In this document: positions 44,789 to 53,012 of the stretch, in pieces
Layout of the letters: every line of letters begins with the position of its first letter
Numbering within the stretch: the stretch's first letter is position 1
Source: Acidobacteriota bacterium
GTDB lineage: Bacteria > Acidobacteriota > Blastocatellia > Pyrinomonadales > Pyrinomonadaceae
Assembly: GCA_031409875.1 (NCBI GenBank)
Contig: JANNYB010000133.1
Coordinates: 4,765 to 68,764 of the forward strand
DNA length: 64,000 nt
Direction: 5' to 3'
Notes under the pieces: model-generated
What the model was told of the DNA's origin: nothing
Database searches by the model: none
The model's input: the letters and a program-made list of their open reading frames with translations, nothing else
Translations under genes and position numbers: made by a program

Positions 44789-45535
44789 ATGCCTGAAGAA
44801 ACTGTAAATACTAAGAGCGAAAAAAAATTTATTAAAGTCGACCGAGATGAACTTTCAAAGAACCTTGGGGAAGTTCTTGTTGTAGATGATAATGGAATTT
44901 ATACGGATTTAATAAGTCGGAACCTAACTTCAGTTGGATTTGAATCTAAATCTATAAATTCCTTTGTCCAAATGGAATCAATACTCGAAGAAAAACACTA
45001 TCCTTTGATTCTTTGCGATAATATTGATGACAAATCAACTCTCAAAGGAAGCGAAATAATATTAAATAATAATCATCTTTTCAAAGATTCAAGAACAGTT
45101 CTTGTTACAGGTCATCCATTAAGCCAGATCAAAGATCAAAATGAATTGTTAAAAAGAGGAGTAATAGTATTACAAAAAGGCGAGGGGCATGTTGATGAAA
45201 TAATCAAGATTTGTAGAGAGACCTTTACTAATAAAGTTGAAGCCATTGCCCAAGAAGCTGAAGATTATGTTGGCAAATTGCTTTTAAATTACAAAGACAT
45301 GCCAAAATTAGACAATCCAACTCCATACGAAAAGCTAATAAAAAGAACAAGACTAAGATTTAAAGATTACATTAGTAAGCTGCCAAATCCAGACTCGCCA
45401 CAATTTTTTATTAAAGGAAAAGGTTTAAGTCCTAATCAAGTAATGTTTGAAATTGAAAAAGATGATTCCGAAATAGGAGTTTTGTTAATTGATATTTTAT
45501 TGGAGGATATTTTAGAAGGAGAAATTTATGATTAG
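44789..45535 (+). CDS. receiver (REC) domain protein with unassigned C-terminal domain
   Basis: RBS AAGGAG. VLVVDDNG, PLILCDNID (putative phospho-acceptor Asp), VLVTGH, VLQKG. The C-terminal ~100 aa are unassigned, with no HTH recognised. Confidence 0.8.
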   Translation: MPEETVNTKSEKKFIKVDRDELSKNLGEVLVVDDNGIYTDLISRNLTSVGFESKSINSFVQMESILEEKHYPLILCDNIDDKSTLKGSEIILNNNHLFKDSRTVLVTGHPLSQIKDQNELLKRGVIVLQKGEGHVDEIIKICRETFTNKVEAIAQEAEDYVGKLLLNYKDMPKLDNPTPYEKLIKRTRLRFKDYISKLPNPDSPQFFIKGKGLSPNQVMFEIEKDDSEIGVLLIDILLEDILEGEIYD

Positions 45536-46247
45536 AAAGTTAATAAAAAAGTTAATAAATTGGATACGCCGCAAAAAAGAAGATGAAGAAGAAAATGAGG
45601 AAATTGTTTCCCAAGATTATCAACACTCATTATTTGTCCCTACTTATGATGTAGCGACTCAAATAATTACAAATTGGACAAAGAGTTGGCAATTACCTAA
45701 TGTATTAGTGTTTTATGGAAATAAGGCTAGTCACGAGAATGCAATCAATAGACTAAATCATAGTAATCAGTTGCGTGTCATTGCATTTGTTGGACATGGA
45801 AATGTATCGGAACTTCTCACAGATATGAGTATCGGAAAACCCTCTATTAGTATTGATCATGGATGTTTAATGAATTGTGAAGACATAATAGAAGAACTGT
45901 CTGGCGTTCATATAATTGCTTGGTCTTGTAGTTCAAGTCAAACATTTGGAAGAAAAATTGGAAGCTTCCCAAAATGCGGTTTTTGGGGATTCAACGAAGA
46001 GATTGTGATGCTTGTTAATCCAGAAAGTGAAACATTATGGAGTGGTTTAATTAAGGGAGTTATTTCAAGAATTATGAGCAAAAACCACATCCATGTTGAT
46101 GATAAAAAATGGTTTAGAAAAGAGGTTTCAACAGTAACAAGGAATATCGAAGATGGTGAAATTAACACTGGTAGTCACGAATATAATAGGCTTAATTCAT
46201 TGTTTCTTAGACGAATTGCACGAAGTTTAGAAGTTCACCCTAGATAG
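45528..46247 (+). CDS. small caspase/CHAT-fold-like protein (His/Cys dyad) - tentative
   Basis: 239 aa. 8-nt overlap with the REC gene. LRVIAFVGHGN (His codon 45795-45797) and VHIIAWSCSSS (Cys codon 45927-45929) lie 44 residues apart, each after a hydrophobic strand, as in caspase-fold proteases. Confidence 0.55.
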   Translation: MIRKLIKKLINWIRRKKEDEEENEEIVSQDYQHSLFVPTYDVATQIITNWTKSWQLPNVLVFYGNKASHENAINRLNHSNQLRVIAFVGHGNVSELLTDMSIGKPSISIDHGCLMNCEDIIEELSGVHIIAWSCSSSQTFGRKIGSFPKCGFWGFNEEIVMLVNPESETLWSGLIKGVISRIMSKNHIHVDDKKWFRKEVSTVTRNIEDGEINTGSHEYNRLNSLFLRRIARSLEVHPR

Positions 46248-46256
46248 GAGGAAAAT

Positions 46257-46547
46257 ATGTTTTTTGTTACAATTAAAAATTTTTTGACGGATGTAAAGAC
46301 TCTACTTTCAAATCAAGATGAAGAATTAATAAGTTCTGATAAAAATGATGACCCAAATATAATTTCATTAGGAACTAGTAAAAAAGATAAGAAAGAAGCT
46401 ATTGCTAGAACTTTTGCTCAATTAGCTTTGACCTTATTCGTAATAGGATTATGTCTGTATGTCGTTAGCACAAAATCTGAGGGCGGTATAGGCGAGAAAC
46501 TCGCGTATACAGGGTTTGGAGTAGTCTTTGGTTATTGGTTTAGGTGA
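46257..46547 (+). CDS. small membrane protein (soluble N-terminus + 2 TM helices)
   Basis: RBS GGAGG 6 nt upstream. 96 aa. FAQLALTLFVIGLCLYVV and LAYTGFGVVFGYWF. Confidence 0.7.
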   Translation: MFFVTIKNFLTDVKTLLSNQDEELISSDKNDDPNIISLGTSKKDKKEAIARTFAQLALTLFVIGLCLYVVSTKSEGGIGEKLAYTGFGVVFGYWFR

Positions 46548-46642
46548 GTTAATTATTCAAATTCTTTCCGAGAAATCCAATCAACTTTGCAATCAATGAC
46601 AAGTTGGATTTTGTCTATTGCATTGCTGTTTTCGGCGCGATT

Positions 46643-46762
46643 TTAGCGGTCGAAGATTTTTTTGAAGTCAACTTTGATGCCTTCGCTTTCGATGGTTTGG
46701 TTGGTGAATTTTTGTTTCCCGTTTTTGGTGATAACGAAGATTGTGTTGGTAAAAGATGGCAA
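46643..46762 (-). CDS. 39-aa small ORF, paralog of 48493-48627 (possibly decayed)
   Basis: Below the ORF-track cutoff. TTG start, (M)PSFTNTIFVITKNGKQKFTNQTIESEGIKVDFKKIFDR. ~85% nucleotide identity over ~100 nt to the 48.5-kb copy. Confidence 0.4.
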   Translation of the reverse strand: MPSFTNTIFVITKNGKQKFTNQTIESEGIKVDFKKIFDR

Positions 46763-46830
46763 AGCGGCTGTTGTAGATTATCGAAAATATCTGAAACCTT
46801 AACTTTTCTGTGCTAAAATATGGTTGAGAG

Positions 46831-47088
46831 GTGAAGATTATGACGCATTCATTGACTTTAGATTTACCCGAAGAAATTTATCAACTGCTTTTGAAAACTG
46901 CGTTGACAAACGGCAAAAAGGTTGAGGAAGTTGCGGTTGAGGTGTTGGCAAGTGTGAAAAGAAAGAAGGTTGCAGACCCTTTTGAAAGGTTTATCGGTTC
47001 GGTGCGAAGCGATATTACCGATTTAGCTGAAAACCACGACAAATACATCGGCGAAAATTTAGCGCAAGACTTGAACGGTAATAAATAA
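46831..47088 (+). CDS. VapB-type antitoxin-like protein
   Basis: 85 aa (ATG at 46840 is the more likely start). LTLDLPEEIYQLLLKTALTNGKKVEEVAVEVL. Its stop abuts the ATG of the PIN pseudogene (TAAATG). Confidence 0.7.
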   Translation: MKIMTHSLTLDLPEEIYQLLLKTALTNGKKVEEVAVEVLASVKRKKVADPFERFIGSVRSDITDLAENHDKYIGENLAQDLNGNK

Positions 47089-47712
47089 ATGAAAGGTATT
47101 TTCGTTGATACCTTCGGGTTGGGCAAGTCTGGTGGTTGAAACACAGACTTTTCACACAAAAGCAAAAGAAATTTACCAAACGGCGTAATGCGCCAACAAA
47201 AAGTTAAAAGACTGGAGCGCGAGCGTCCCCGCTTGCAATGAGTGTTTGCTTCAAACGCGAAAAAGCGTCGGAGTTCCATTCAAGTTTATTCAATGCCAAC
47301 GCCTTTACACCGCTAAAAAACAGCGGCGTTTGCAAGCGGGGACGCTCGCGCTCCAGTCAGAACTTTTTGTTGGCGCATTACCAAACGGCAATATCAGACC
47401 AAACGCCTCTGCTGACAACGAATTATATTTTGACCGAACTTGTTGCTTTACTGACAAGTCCGCTCAGATTATCTCGTCCGCGAGTTATCGCGCATTGTTG
47501 AAGGAATAAAAACCTCGCCATTCTTTGAAATCATCCATATTGACAAAGATTCGGATAAAAGAACTTGGGAATTACTGAAAAATCGCCCTGATAAAAAATG
47601 GAGTTTAGTTGATTGCTCAAGTTTTGTCGTGATGCAAGCAAGAGAAATATCCGAATCATTAACCACCGACCATCATTTTGAGCAAGCCGGTTTTATCAGA
47701 CTTTTGAAATAA
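47089..47712 (+). pseudogene. vapC: PIN-domain VapC toxin gene destroyed by MITE insertion and at least 2 frameshifts
   Basis: The pieces read MKGIFVDTFG / WASLVVETQTFHTKAKEIYQTA / [MITE] / ISDQTPLLTTNYILTELVALLTSPLRLSRPRVIA / IVEGIKTSPFFEIIHIDKDSDKRTWELLKNRPDKKWSLVDCSSFVVMQAREISESLTTDHHFEQAGFIRLLK, spread over three frames. Confidence 0.85.
47186..47380. mobile_element. 195-bp MITE with terminal inverted repeats and flanking direct repeat
   Basis: TIRs (G)TAATGCGCCAACAAAAAGTT..GACTGGAGCGCGAGCGTCCCCGCTTGCA and the inverse at the other end. Flanked by CCAAACGGC on both sides (47176-47184 and 47381-47389). Removing the element rejoins the vapC reading frame ..KEIYQTA-ISDQ... Confidence 0.88.
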
Positions 47713-47785
47713 TGGTTTGGCTGGCGATATTGAAAGGATATTTCTCGGCGGTTTTTGATTTTTGTCGGTTTGGCGGTAAAATGAA

Positions 47786-48043
47786 GTGGAGATGACGACA
47801 AACGAACAAACATATCAATCCGTCTTATTCAAGTTGAGCCGTGTGCCGGTTGAATCGCTGCCGCAGATAGACGCTTATCTTGAAAACTTTACGCCCGAAA
47901 ACGGCGCGAAACGGCAAAACCGCGAGGCGATTCTGGCATTGGCGGGAAGTTGGAATGAAATGTCCGAAACGGATTTTGGGGAATATCTTTCCGAAGCTAA
48001 ACGGAGCGGCGGCGAAACATTCAACCGCGATGTTACATTATGA
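47786..48043 (+). CDS. antitoxin of VapBC-like pair
   Basis: 85 aa. 4-nt overlap (ATGA) with the downstream PIN gene. Confidence 0.75.
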   Translation: MEMTTNEQTYQSVLFKLSRVPVESLPQIDAYLENFTPENGAKRQNREAILALAGSWNEMSETDFGEYLSEAKRSGGETFNRDVTL

Positions 48044-48447
48044 AACCCGCCATTATTGATACTGACACAACCTCTTACTTTTTTCGCAACAATGCCAATG
48101 TCGTGGCTAAACTTGAAGAATATTTGCAAGAACACGGCTTCGTTTATCTCAGCGTGGTAACATATTACGAAGTTCTCAACGGATTGTATTTCAAAGACGC
48201 AAAAAATCAATTGGCACAATTTGAAAAATTCATAAAACTCAATCAAGTTCTGCCGCTTACCAACCAAATTGCTCGAAAATCAGCTAAACTATATGCCGAA
48301 TTGCGTAGAAAAGGACATAACATCGGACATAACGATGTCTTGATTGCAGGGACGGCAATCGTCAATGACTTAACCTTAATAACGAACAACGTCCGCCATT
48401 TTTCCAGAATTAAAGAGTTGGACATTGACAATTGGGCGGAAGAATAA
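48040..48447 (+). CDS. vapC: PIN-domain toxin VapC
   Basis: 135 aa. MKPAIIDTDT.., ..TYYEVLNG.., ..HNDVLIAGTAI.., ..LITNNVRHF. Confidence 0.88.
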   Translation: MKPAIIDTDTTSYFFRNNANVVAKLEEYLQEHGFVYLSVVTYYEVLNGLYFKDAKNQLAQFEKFIKLNQVLPLTNQIARKSAKLYAELRRKGHNIGHNDVLIAGTAIVNDLTLITNNVRHFSRIKELDIDNWAEE

Positions 48448-48492
48448 AGCTGAGATTTTAATAAAGAAGCAAATCGTTGCGAAGTTTTCCGA

Positions 48493-48627
48493 TTAACCGC
48501 CGAAGATTTTTTTGAAATCAACTTTGATGCCTTCGGTTTCGATGGTTTGAACGGATAATTTTTCTTCGCCGTTTTTGGTGGTAACGAAGATTGTTTCGGT
48601 GATAATTTCTTCGAGTTCGGCTAACAT
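48493..48627 (-). CDS. 44-aa small protein of unknown function
   Basis: Below the ORF-track cutoff. RBS GAGGT 8 nt upstream. MLAELEEIITETIFVTTKNGEEKLSVQTIETEGIKVDFKKIFGG. A paralogous copy lies at 46643-46762. Confidence 0.55.
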   Translation of the reverse strand: MLAELEEIITETIFVTTKNGEEKLSVQTIETEGIKVDFKKIFGG

Positions 48628-48687
48628 TTTTTTTACCTCAAATTTAATGAATTAATTATCTCATAGAAAAATTGATATGAAAAGAAA

Positions 48688-49068
48688 TTAAAGCGGTTGT
48701 CGTCCGGCGAAACCTGTGTCGGTTTCGTGCCACCATTCTAATTTATCGCTGTCGCCGAATTGCCAGCAGAGGAGGACGATGCGACCTTCGCGGAGGGAAG
48801 GGAAATCTATTAAGCCGCGTGTGTAATCTTTTAGTTGGATGCCGAGTTCGTGGATTTCGGTGGTGTGTTTGCCGATTTCGTAGAGCGATTTAACGTATTC
48901 CGAGCCGCCGGACATTCCGCCGCCGCCGGATTCGTTGCCTGCCGTTGCCGCCGCTCTTGCAGATTCGCGGTAGAGCGACATTTTTTCGTATTCACGTTTT
49001 ATTTTTTCGAGCTGCGGGCGCACGAATGTGAGTATTTCGTTGGCTTCGCTGACGGTGAAAAGTTTCAT
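48688..49068 (-). CDS. DUF2203-family protein
   Basis: 126 aa. MKLFTVSEANEIL..VRPQLEKI.. and ..GIQLKDYTRGLIDFPSLREGRIVLLCWQFGD..LEWWHE pattern. Confidence 0.75.
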   Translation of the reverse strand: MKLFTVSEANEILTFVRPQLEKIKREYEKMSLYRESARAAATAGNESGGGGMSGGSEYVKSLYEIGKHTTEIHELGIQLKDYTRGLIDFPSLREGRIVLLCWQFGDSDKLEWWHETDTGFAGRQPL

Positions 49069-49075
49069 AGCTTTT

Positions 49076-49211
49076 GTTTTGAGTCCCGCCTTTAGGCGGC
49101 TTTCCGCAAGCGAAGCGAGGCGGAAATTCGTTACAAAGTAAAGTTTTGAATTGTAACGTGAAACCGCACCGCTTCGCTTGCGGAAAGCCGCCTAAAGGCG
49201 GGACTCAGAAC
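49076..49211. repeat. 136-bp nested palindrome of the GAGTCC family
   Basis: GTTTTGAGTCCCGCCTTTAGGCGGCTTTCCGCAAGCGAAGCGAGGCGG .. CCGCACCGCTTCGCTTGCGGAAAGCCGCCTAAAGGCGGGACTCAGAAC. Confidence 0.9.
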
Positions 49212-49213
49212 TT

Positions 49214-49900
49214 TTATCTTTCGTCTTTGATGCGAACTAAATCGCGGAAGTTTTCGAGTTCTTCGTCGGCAAAATCGGTGTCGAAATGCGAAATCGGTTG
49301 GCGGATAATTTCGGGTGGCGGCATTTCGTCGGGCGGAATAAATGACGGCACATCGTAACTTCCGGTTTGCGAAATATCTTTGCGGACGAGTTCGTGAATG
49401 TCGCCCAAATCAATGAAAAAATCGGCAACATCAATCAAACGCGGCGCGGTATTTGAACGAAATCCGGCAACTTCGACGCGGCAACCTTTATATGCCACAG
49501 CATTCAACGCATACACAAAATCTTCATCGCCCGAAACCAAAACCGCCGTGTCGTATCTGCCCGCGAGCGAGAGCATATCAACCGCGATTTCGACATCGAG
49601 ATTTGCTTTGCGCGTGCCGTCGTAGAAGGTTTTGAGTTCTTTCTGAATAACGCGAAAACCGTTGCGCCGCATCCATAAAAGAAAACCTTGCTGACGTTCC
49701 GCGCCCGCATCAACGCCGGTGTAAAAAAAGGCGCGAAGAAGCCTGCCGTCTCCGAGAAGAACGCGCAGAAGTTTGTTGTAATCTATATCAATATTATGAA
49801 ATCTGGCGGCGTGGAAGAGATTGTTTCCATCAATAAAAACCGCCACTCGTCCGCGATGTCCGAACTGCCAAGACGAGTTGGCACTCATATCAAACTGCAT
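49214..49900 (-). CDS. NYN-domain (LabA/DUF88-like) protein
   Basis: 228 aa. VAVFIDGNNLFHAA.., ..KANLDVEIAVDML.., ..AVLVSGDEDFVYAL... Confidence 0.85.
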   Translation of the reverse strand: MQFDMSANSSWQFGHRGRVAVFIDGNNLFHAARFHNIDIDYNKLLRVLLGDGRLLRAFFYTGVDAGAERQQGFLLWMRRNGFRVIQKELKTFYDGTRKANLDVEIAVDMLSLAGRYDTAVLVSGDEDFVYALNAVAYKGCRVEVAGFRSNTAPRLIDVADFFIDLGDIHELVRKDISQTGSYDVPSFIPPDEMPPPEIIRQPISHFDTDFADEELENFRDLVRIKDER

Positions 49901-50195
49901 TAATTCAAAACCTTTATGATAAAATTCTAAGATATTCTGAAAAGCAGTCGAAATCGGTAAAAAAACGGGGAAATTTCCTACCTTAACTTTTGAATTTTCA
50001 ATAAATTAAATTATAAAATAAGCCTCTTTGTTATATTATTGTCCTGTTTTTCTAAAAATTTGACTGCTATAAAAAAAACTACTAATTAAAAGTAATAATA
50101 GTTTGCCTTTTTCACGGATAATTGGCAAGTAAAACATTGCAAAGCCGGTAATGCCACAGTCGAAAGTTAGAAGCTCAAATTAGTTTATTTTGGTT

Positions 50196-50390
50196 TTTGT
50201 CGCTGAAAGCGACGAACATTATAGCCTAGCGAGAATCGCTAGGAAAATGTGGCAAATGCGCCCGCTCGCTGAAGGCGAGCAACAATTACCGTGCGTTTTT
50301 TGTTCGTCGCTTTCAGCGACGGAAAATCTTATAAATGCTGACCTAGCGATTCTCGCTAGGCTATAATGTTAGTCGCTTTCAGCGACGAAA
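50196..50390. repeat. 195-bp MITE-like nested palindrome, copy B (copy A at 1831-2020)
   Basis: Same ~48-nt terminal inverted repeats as copy A. The core is the reverse complement of the copy A core (GCTCGCTGAAGGCGAGC .. GTCGCTTTCAGCGAC). Confidence 0.85.
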
Positions 50391-50475
50391 ATTGATAGAT
50401 GAGAGATAATAGCTGATAGATTTAGTCGCAAACCTGAATTTTTGATTTAACTAAAGTCTGCGCTACATTAACTTT

Positions 50476-51483
50476 ATGGAAAAAAAAGCCGAAAAGATTC
50501 ACGATGAAGATTGGCTGAAAAAGTTGCCTGTGTTGACGGAAGAAATTGCGTTTAAGCCTGAAGAAATGGTTGTTTGCGGTTCGTGTCAGCGGACGAGTCC
50601 GCCAACTCGCGTGAAGTGTTTTTATTGCGGAAAAGAACTTGAAATTAGCGCGGAACAAGCCAAAAACATCAAAACGAATTTGCGAAAATTGGAGGCTTGG
50701 GAAAAAGGTTTTAATTTGATTTACAAGCCGGACGACAAAGAAAAATCTACGGTTGAAGCGGCAAAAATTGTTAATCTCGAAACCGCGACGCTCGAAAAAA
50801 TCTGTGCGGCGCAGACGGCTTTGCCTTTGGCGCGTGTCGAATCTGAAAAAGAAGCCGAAATTATCGGCGAAAGATTGCGTGAATTCGGTTTTGACACTTT
50901 AATTTTGAGCGATGAAAAATTGGCGGCGAACAAAATGCCGCAACGTCTGCGCGGCGTGGAATTTTGGGACGACAAGTTGATTTTAGTGCTTTTTAATACG
51001 AGCGAAATCGTAGAAATTGATGTTCAAGATTTGGTTTTAATGGTTTCCGGCGCAATTTTCGAGCGCACGACAAGTTCAATCGAAGATCGCAAAAAAGGCG
51101 AGAATATATTGCTTAAATCAAGTGAAACGGCTTCGGACGAAATGCTTTTCGATATTTACAGCCGTGTTGATGCGGAAGGCTTCCGCGTGTTTGCCAAAGG
51201 TTTTGATTTTTCTTCGCTCGAAACGGAAAAGGCTTTGACGGCGAACGAAAATCTGAAAAAACTTGCGGAAAAATTAAAATCCGTTGCGCCGAATCTGAAA
51301 ACGATTGAAAATTATGTGTCCGTGCGCGAAAGTTTGGCAAGCGTTTGGGAAGCCGAAGAAATGAAGGATTCAAAAGGTTTGACGCGCCACAAATTCGGTA
51401 AATTTAATCTGGAAAATGTCACAAAAGTCAGTAATTGGACGCAATTTAATAAATTTTCGCGCCTTCAATGGCACATCTTATGA
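50476..51483 (+). CDS. hypothetical protein with N-terminal zinc ribbon
   Basis: 335 aa. CGSC..x13..CFYCG. The rest is unassigned. Confidence 0.7.
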   Translation: MEKKAEKIHDEDWLKKLPVLTEEIAFKPEEMVVCGSCQRTSPPTRVKCFYCGKELEISAEQAKNIKTNLRKLEAWEKGFNLIYKPDDKEKSTVEAAKIVNLETATLEKICAAQTALPLARVESEKEAEIIGERLREFGFDTLILSDEKLAANKMPQRLRGVEFWDDKLILVLFNTSEIVEIDVQDLVLMVSGAIFERTTSSIEDRKKGENILLKSSETASDEMLFDIYSRVDAEGFRVFAKGFDFSSLETEKALTANENLKKLAEKLKSVAPNLKTIENYVSVRESLASVWEAEEMKDSKGLTRHKFGKFNLENVTKVSNWTQFNKFSRLQWHIL

Positions 51484-52343
51484 AGTCAAAAGTAAAAAGT
51501 AAAAAGGCAAAATTTGAACCGCAGCGACGCGGAGAAACGGAGAAAAGAGAGTTTGAGAAAAGTTCTTCGAGTTCGCGGATTATTTTCGGTTTGCTGCCGG
51601 TTTTAGAAGCCTTACGCGCAAACTCGCGGCGCGTGGAAAAAATTCTGATTGCCGATGGTGCGCGTGAACATCGAATTGCGGAAATCATTGATTTAGCGAG
51701 AGAGAATCGTATTCTATTTCAGAAAATGCCGCGCGAAAATTTGGCAAAATTGATTGACGCGGGCGCAAATCATCAAGGCGTAATCGCGTTTGCGGCGGCG
51801 GCTGATTACACGGATGCGGACAAACTTTTAGAAGAAATTTTTGCTAAAGAAAATCCTCTGGTTTTGATTTTGGACGGCGTGGAAGATCCGCGAAATCTGG
51901 GTGCGATTTTGCGGACGGCAGAATGCGCGGGCGTTGACGGCACGTTTATTCCCGAACATCGCGCCGCCTCGTTGACCGAAACCGTTGTCAAAACTTCTGC
52001 CGGAGCGACCGAATATGTAAAAATTGCGAAGGCGAAAAACCTGAATCGTTTGATTGAAGAATTGAAAAAGAATAATATTTGGGTTGTCGGCACAAGCGGC
52101 GACGCGAAAATGAATTATACCGATTGGGATTGGACGCAAAAAACCGCGCTGGTTTTAGGAAGCGAAGGAAAAGGCTTGCATCGGCTCGTTGCTGAAAATT
52201 GCGATGCGCTCGTAAAAATTCCGATGCGCGGAAAAATTGAAAGTTTGAACGTCTCGGTTGCCGCCGGCGTATTGCTTTTCGAGGCAAACCGCCAAAGGCA
52301 AGAAAGTGAGAAAGTGAGAAAGGGAGAAGAGGAGAAATCGTAA
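51468..52343 (+). CDS. rlmB: 23S rRNA (guanosine-2'-O)-methyltransferase RlmB (SpoU/TrmH family)
   Basis: LPVLEALRA.., LILDGVEDPRNLGAILRTAECAGV, ALVLGSEGKGL, IPMRGKIESLNVSVAAGVLLFE. An alternative start ATG 51480 overlaps the upstream stop (ATGA). Confidence 0.9.
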   Translation: MAHLMKSKVKSKKAKFEPQRRGETEKREFEKSSSSSRIIFGLLPVLEALRANSRRVEKILIADGAREHRIAEIIDLARENRILFQKMPRENLAKLIDAGANHQGVIAFAAAADYTDADKLLEEIFAKENPLVLILDGVEDPRNLGAILRTAECAGVDGTFIPEHRAASLTETVVKTSAGATEYVKIAKAKNLNRLIEELKKNNIWVVGTSGDAKMNYTDWDWTQKTALVLGSEGKGLHRLVAENCDALVKIPMRGKIESLNVSVAAGVLLFEANRQRQESEKVRKGEEEKS

Positions 52344-52395
52344 GTTTGAAGTTCGATTGTCTTTTGCAACGAACAAATAACGACTAACAAATATT

Positions 52396-52950
52396 ATGTT
52401 TTGCCCTAAATGTGGAACACAAAATCCTGAAACAGGAAGATTTTGCCGTTCGTGCGGCGCGGATTTGGGAAATGTTACGGCGGCACTTTCGGGGAAATTG
52501 CCGCAACCGCAAAAACTCGTCAATGACAAAGGCAAACCCGTAAGCTGGGAAAGCGCGATTACCAAATTTTTTATGGGTTTGGCTTTTCTGACGGTTTCGA
52601 TTGTTTTGGGCGTATCGGGAATGGCGGGCGGAAAAGATTGGTGGTTTTGGATGTTGATTCCGGCGTTTGCAATGCTCGGAAGCGGTGTCGCGCAATATGT
52701 CCAAATTAAAAAAAGCGAATCGCAAAGCGTTAATTTTGCACCGCAAAACACGCAAAATATAATTTCTTCCGCGCCGCAAAACGCCGCACTTCCGCCAACG
52801 CAAACCGAATATGTTTCAATGGATAATTCGCGCTACAAAACCGGCGATCTCGTGCCGCCGAGCATCATCGAAAACACGACGCGCCATCTCGAAATGGATT
52901 CCGAAGGCGAAACTATGACGCTTCCGAAACCGGAAGCAAGTAAAAAGTAA
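52396..52950 (+). CDS. zinc-ribbon / 2-TM protein, tandem paralog 1 of 3
   Basis: MFCPKCGTQNPETGRFCRSCGADLGNV, two TM helices, and a conserved tail LPPTQTEYV..TGDLVPPSIIENTTRHLEMDSEGETMTLPK. Confidence 0.8.
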   Translation: MFCPKCGTQNPETGRFCRSCGADLGNVTAALSGKLPQPQKLVNDKGKPVSWESAITKFFMGLAFLTVSIVLGVSGMAGGKDWWFWMLIPAFAMLGSGVAQYVQIKKSESQSVNFAPQNTQNIISSAPQNAALPPTQTEYVSMDNSRYKTGDLVPPSIIENTTRHLEMDSEGETMTLPKPEASKK

Positions 52951-53004
52951 AAAGTAAAAAGTAAAAAATTAAGAGCAACGAACCACGAACCACTAACCAC
53001 GAAC
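52939..53004. repeat. heptamer arrays AGTAAAA x4 and CGAACCA x3-4 between paralogs 1 and 2
   Basis: AGTAAAAAGTAAAAAGTAAAAAGTAAAA .. CGAACCACGAACCACTAACCACGAAC. The first array supplies the last codons and the stop of paralog 1. Confidence 0.85.
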
Positions 53005-53012
53005 TAATATTT

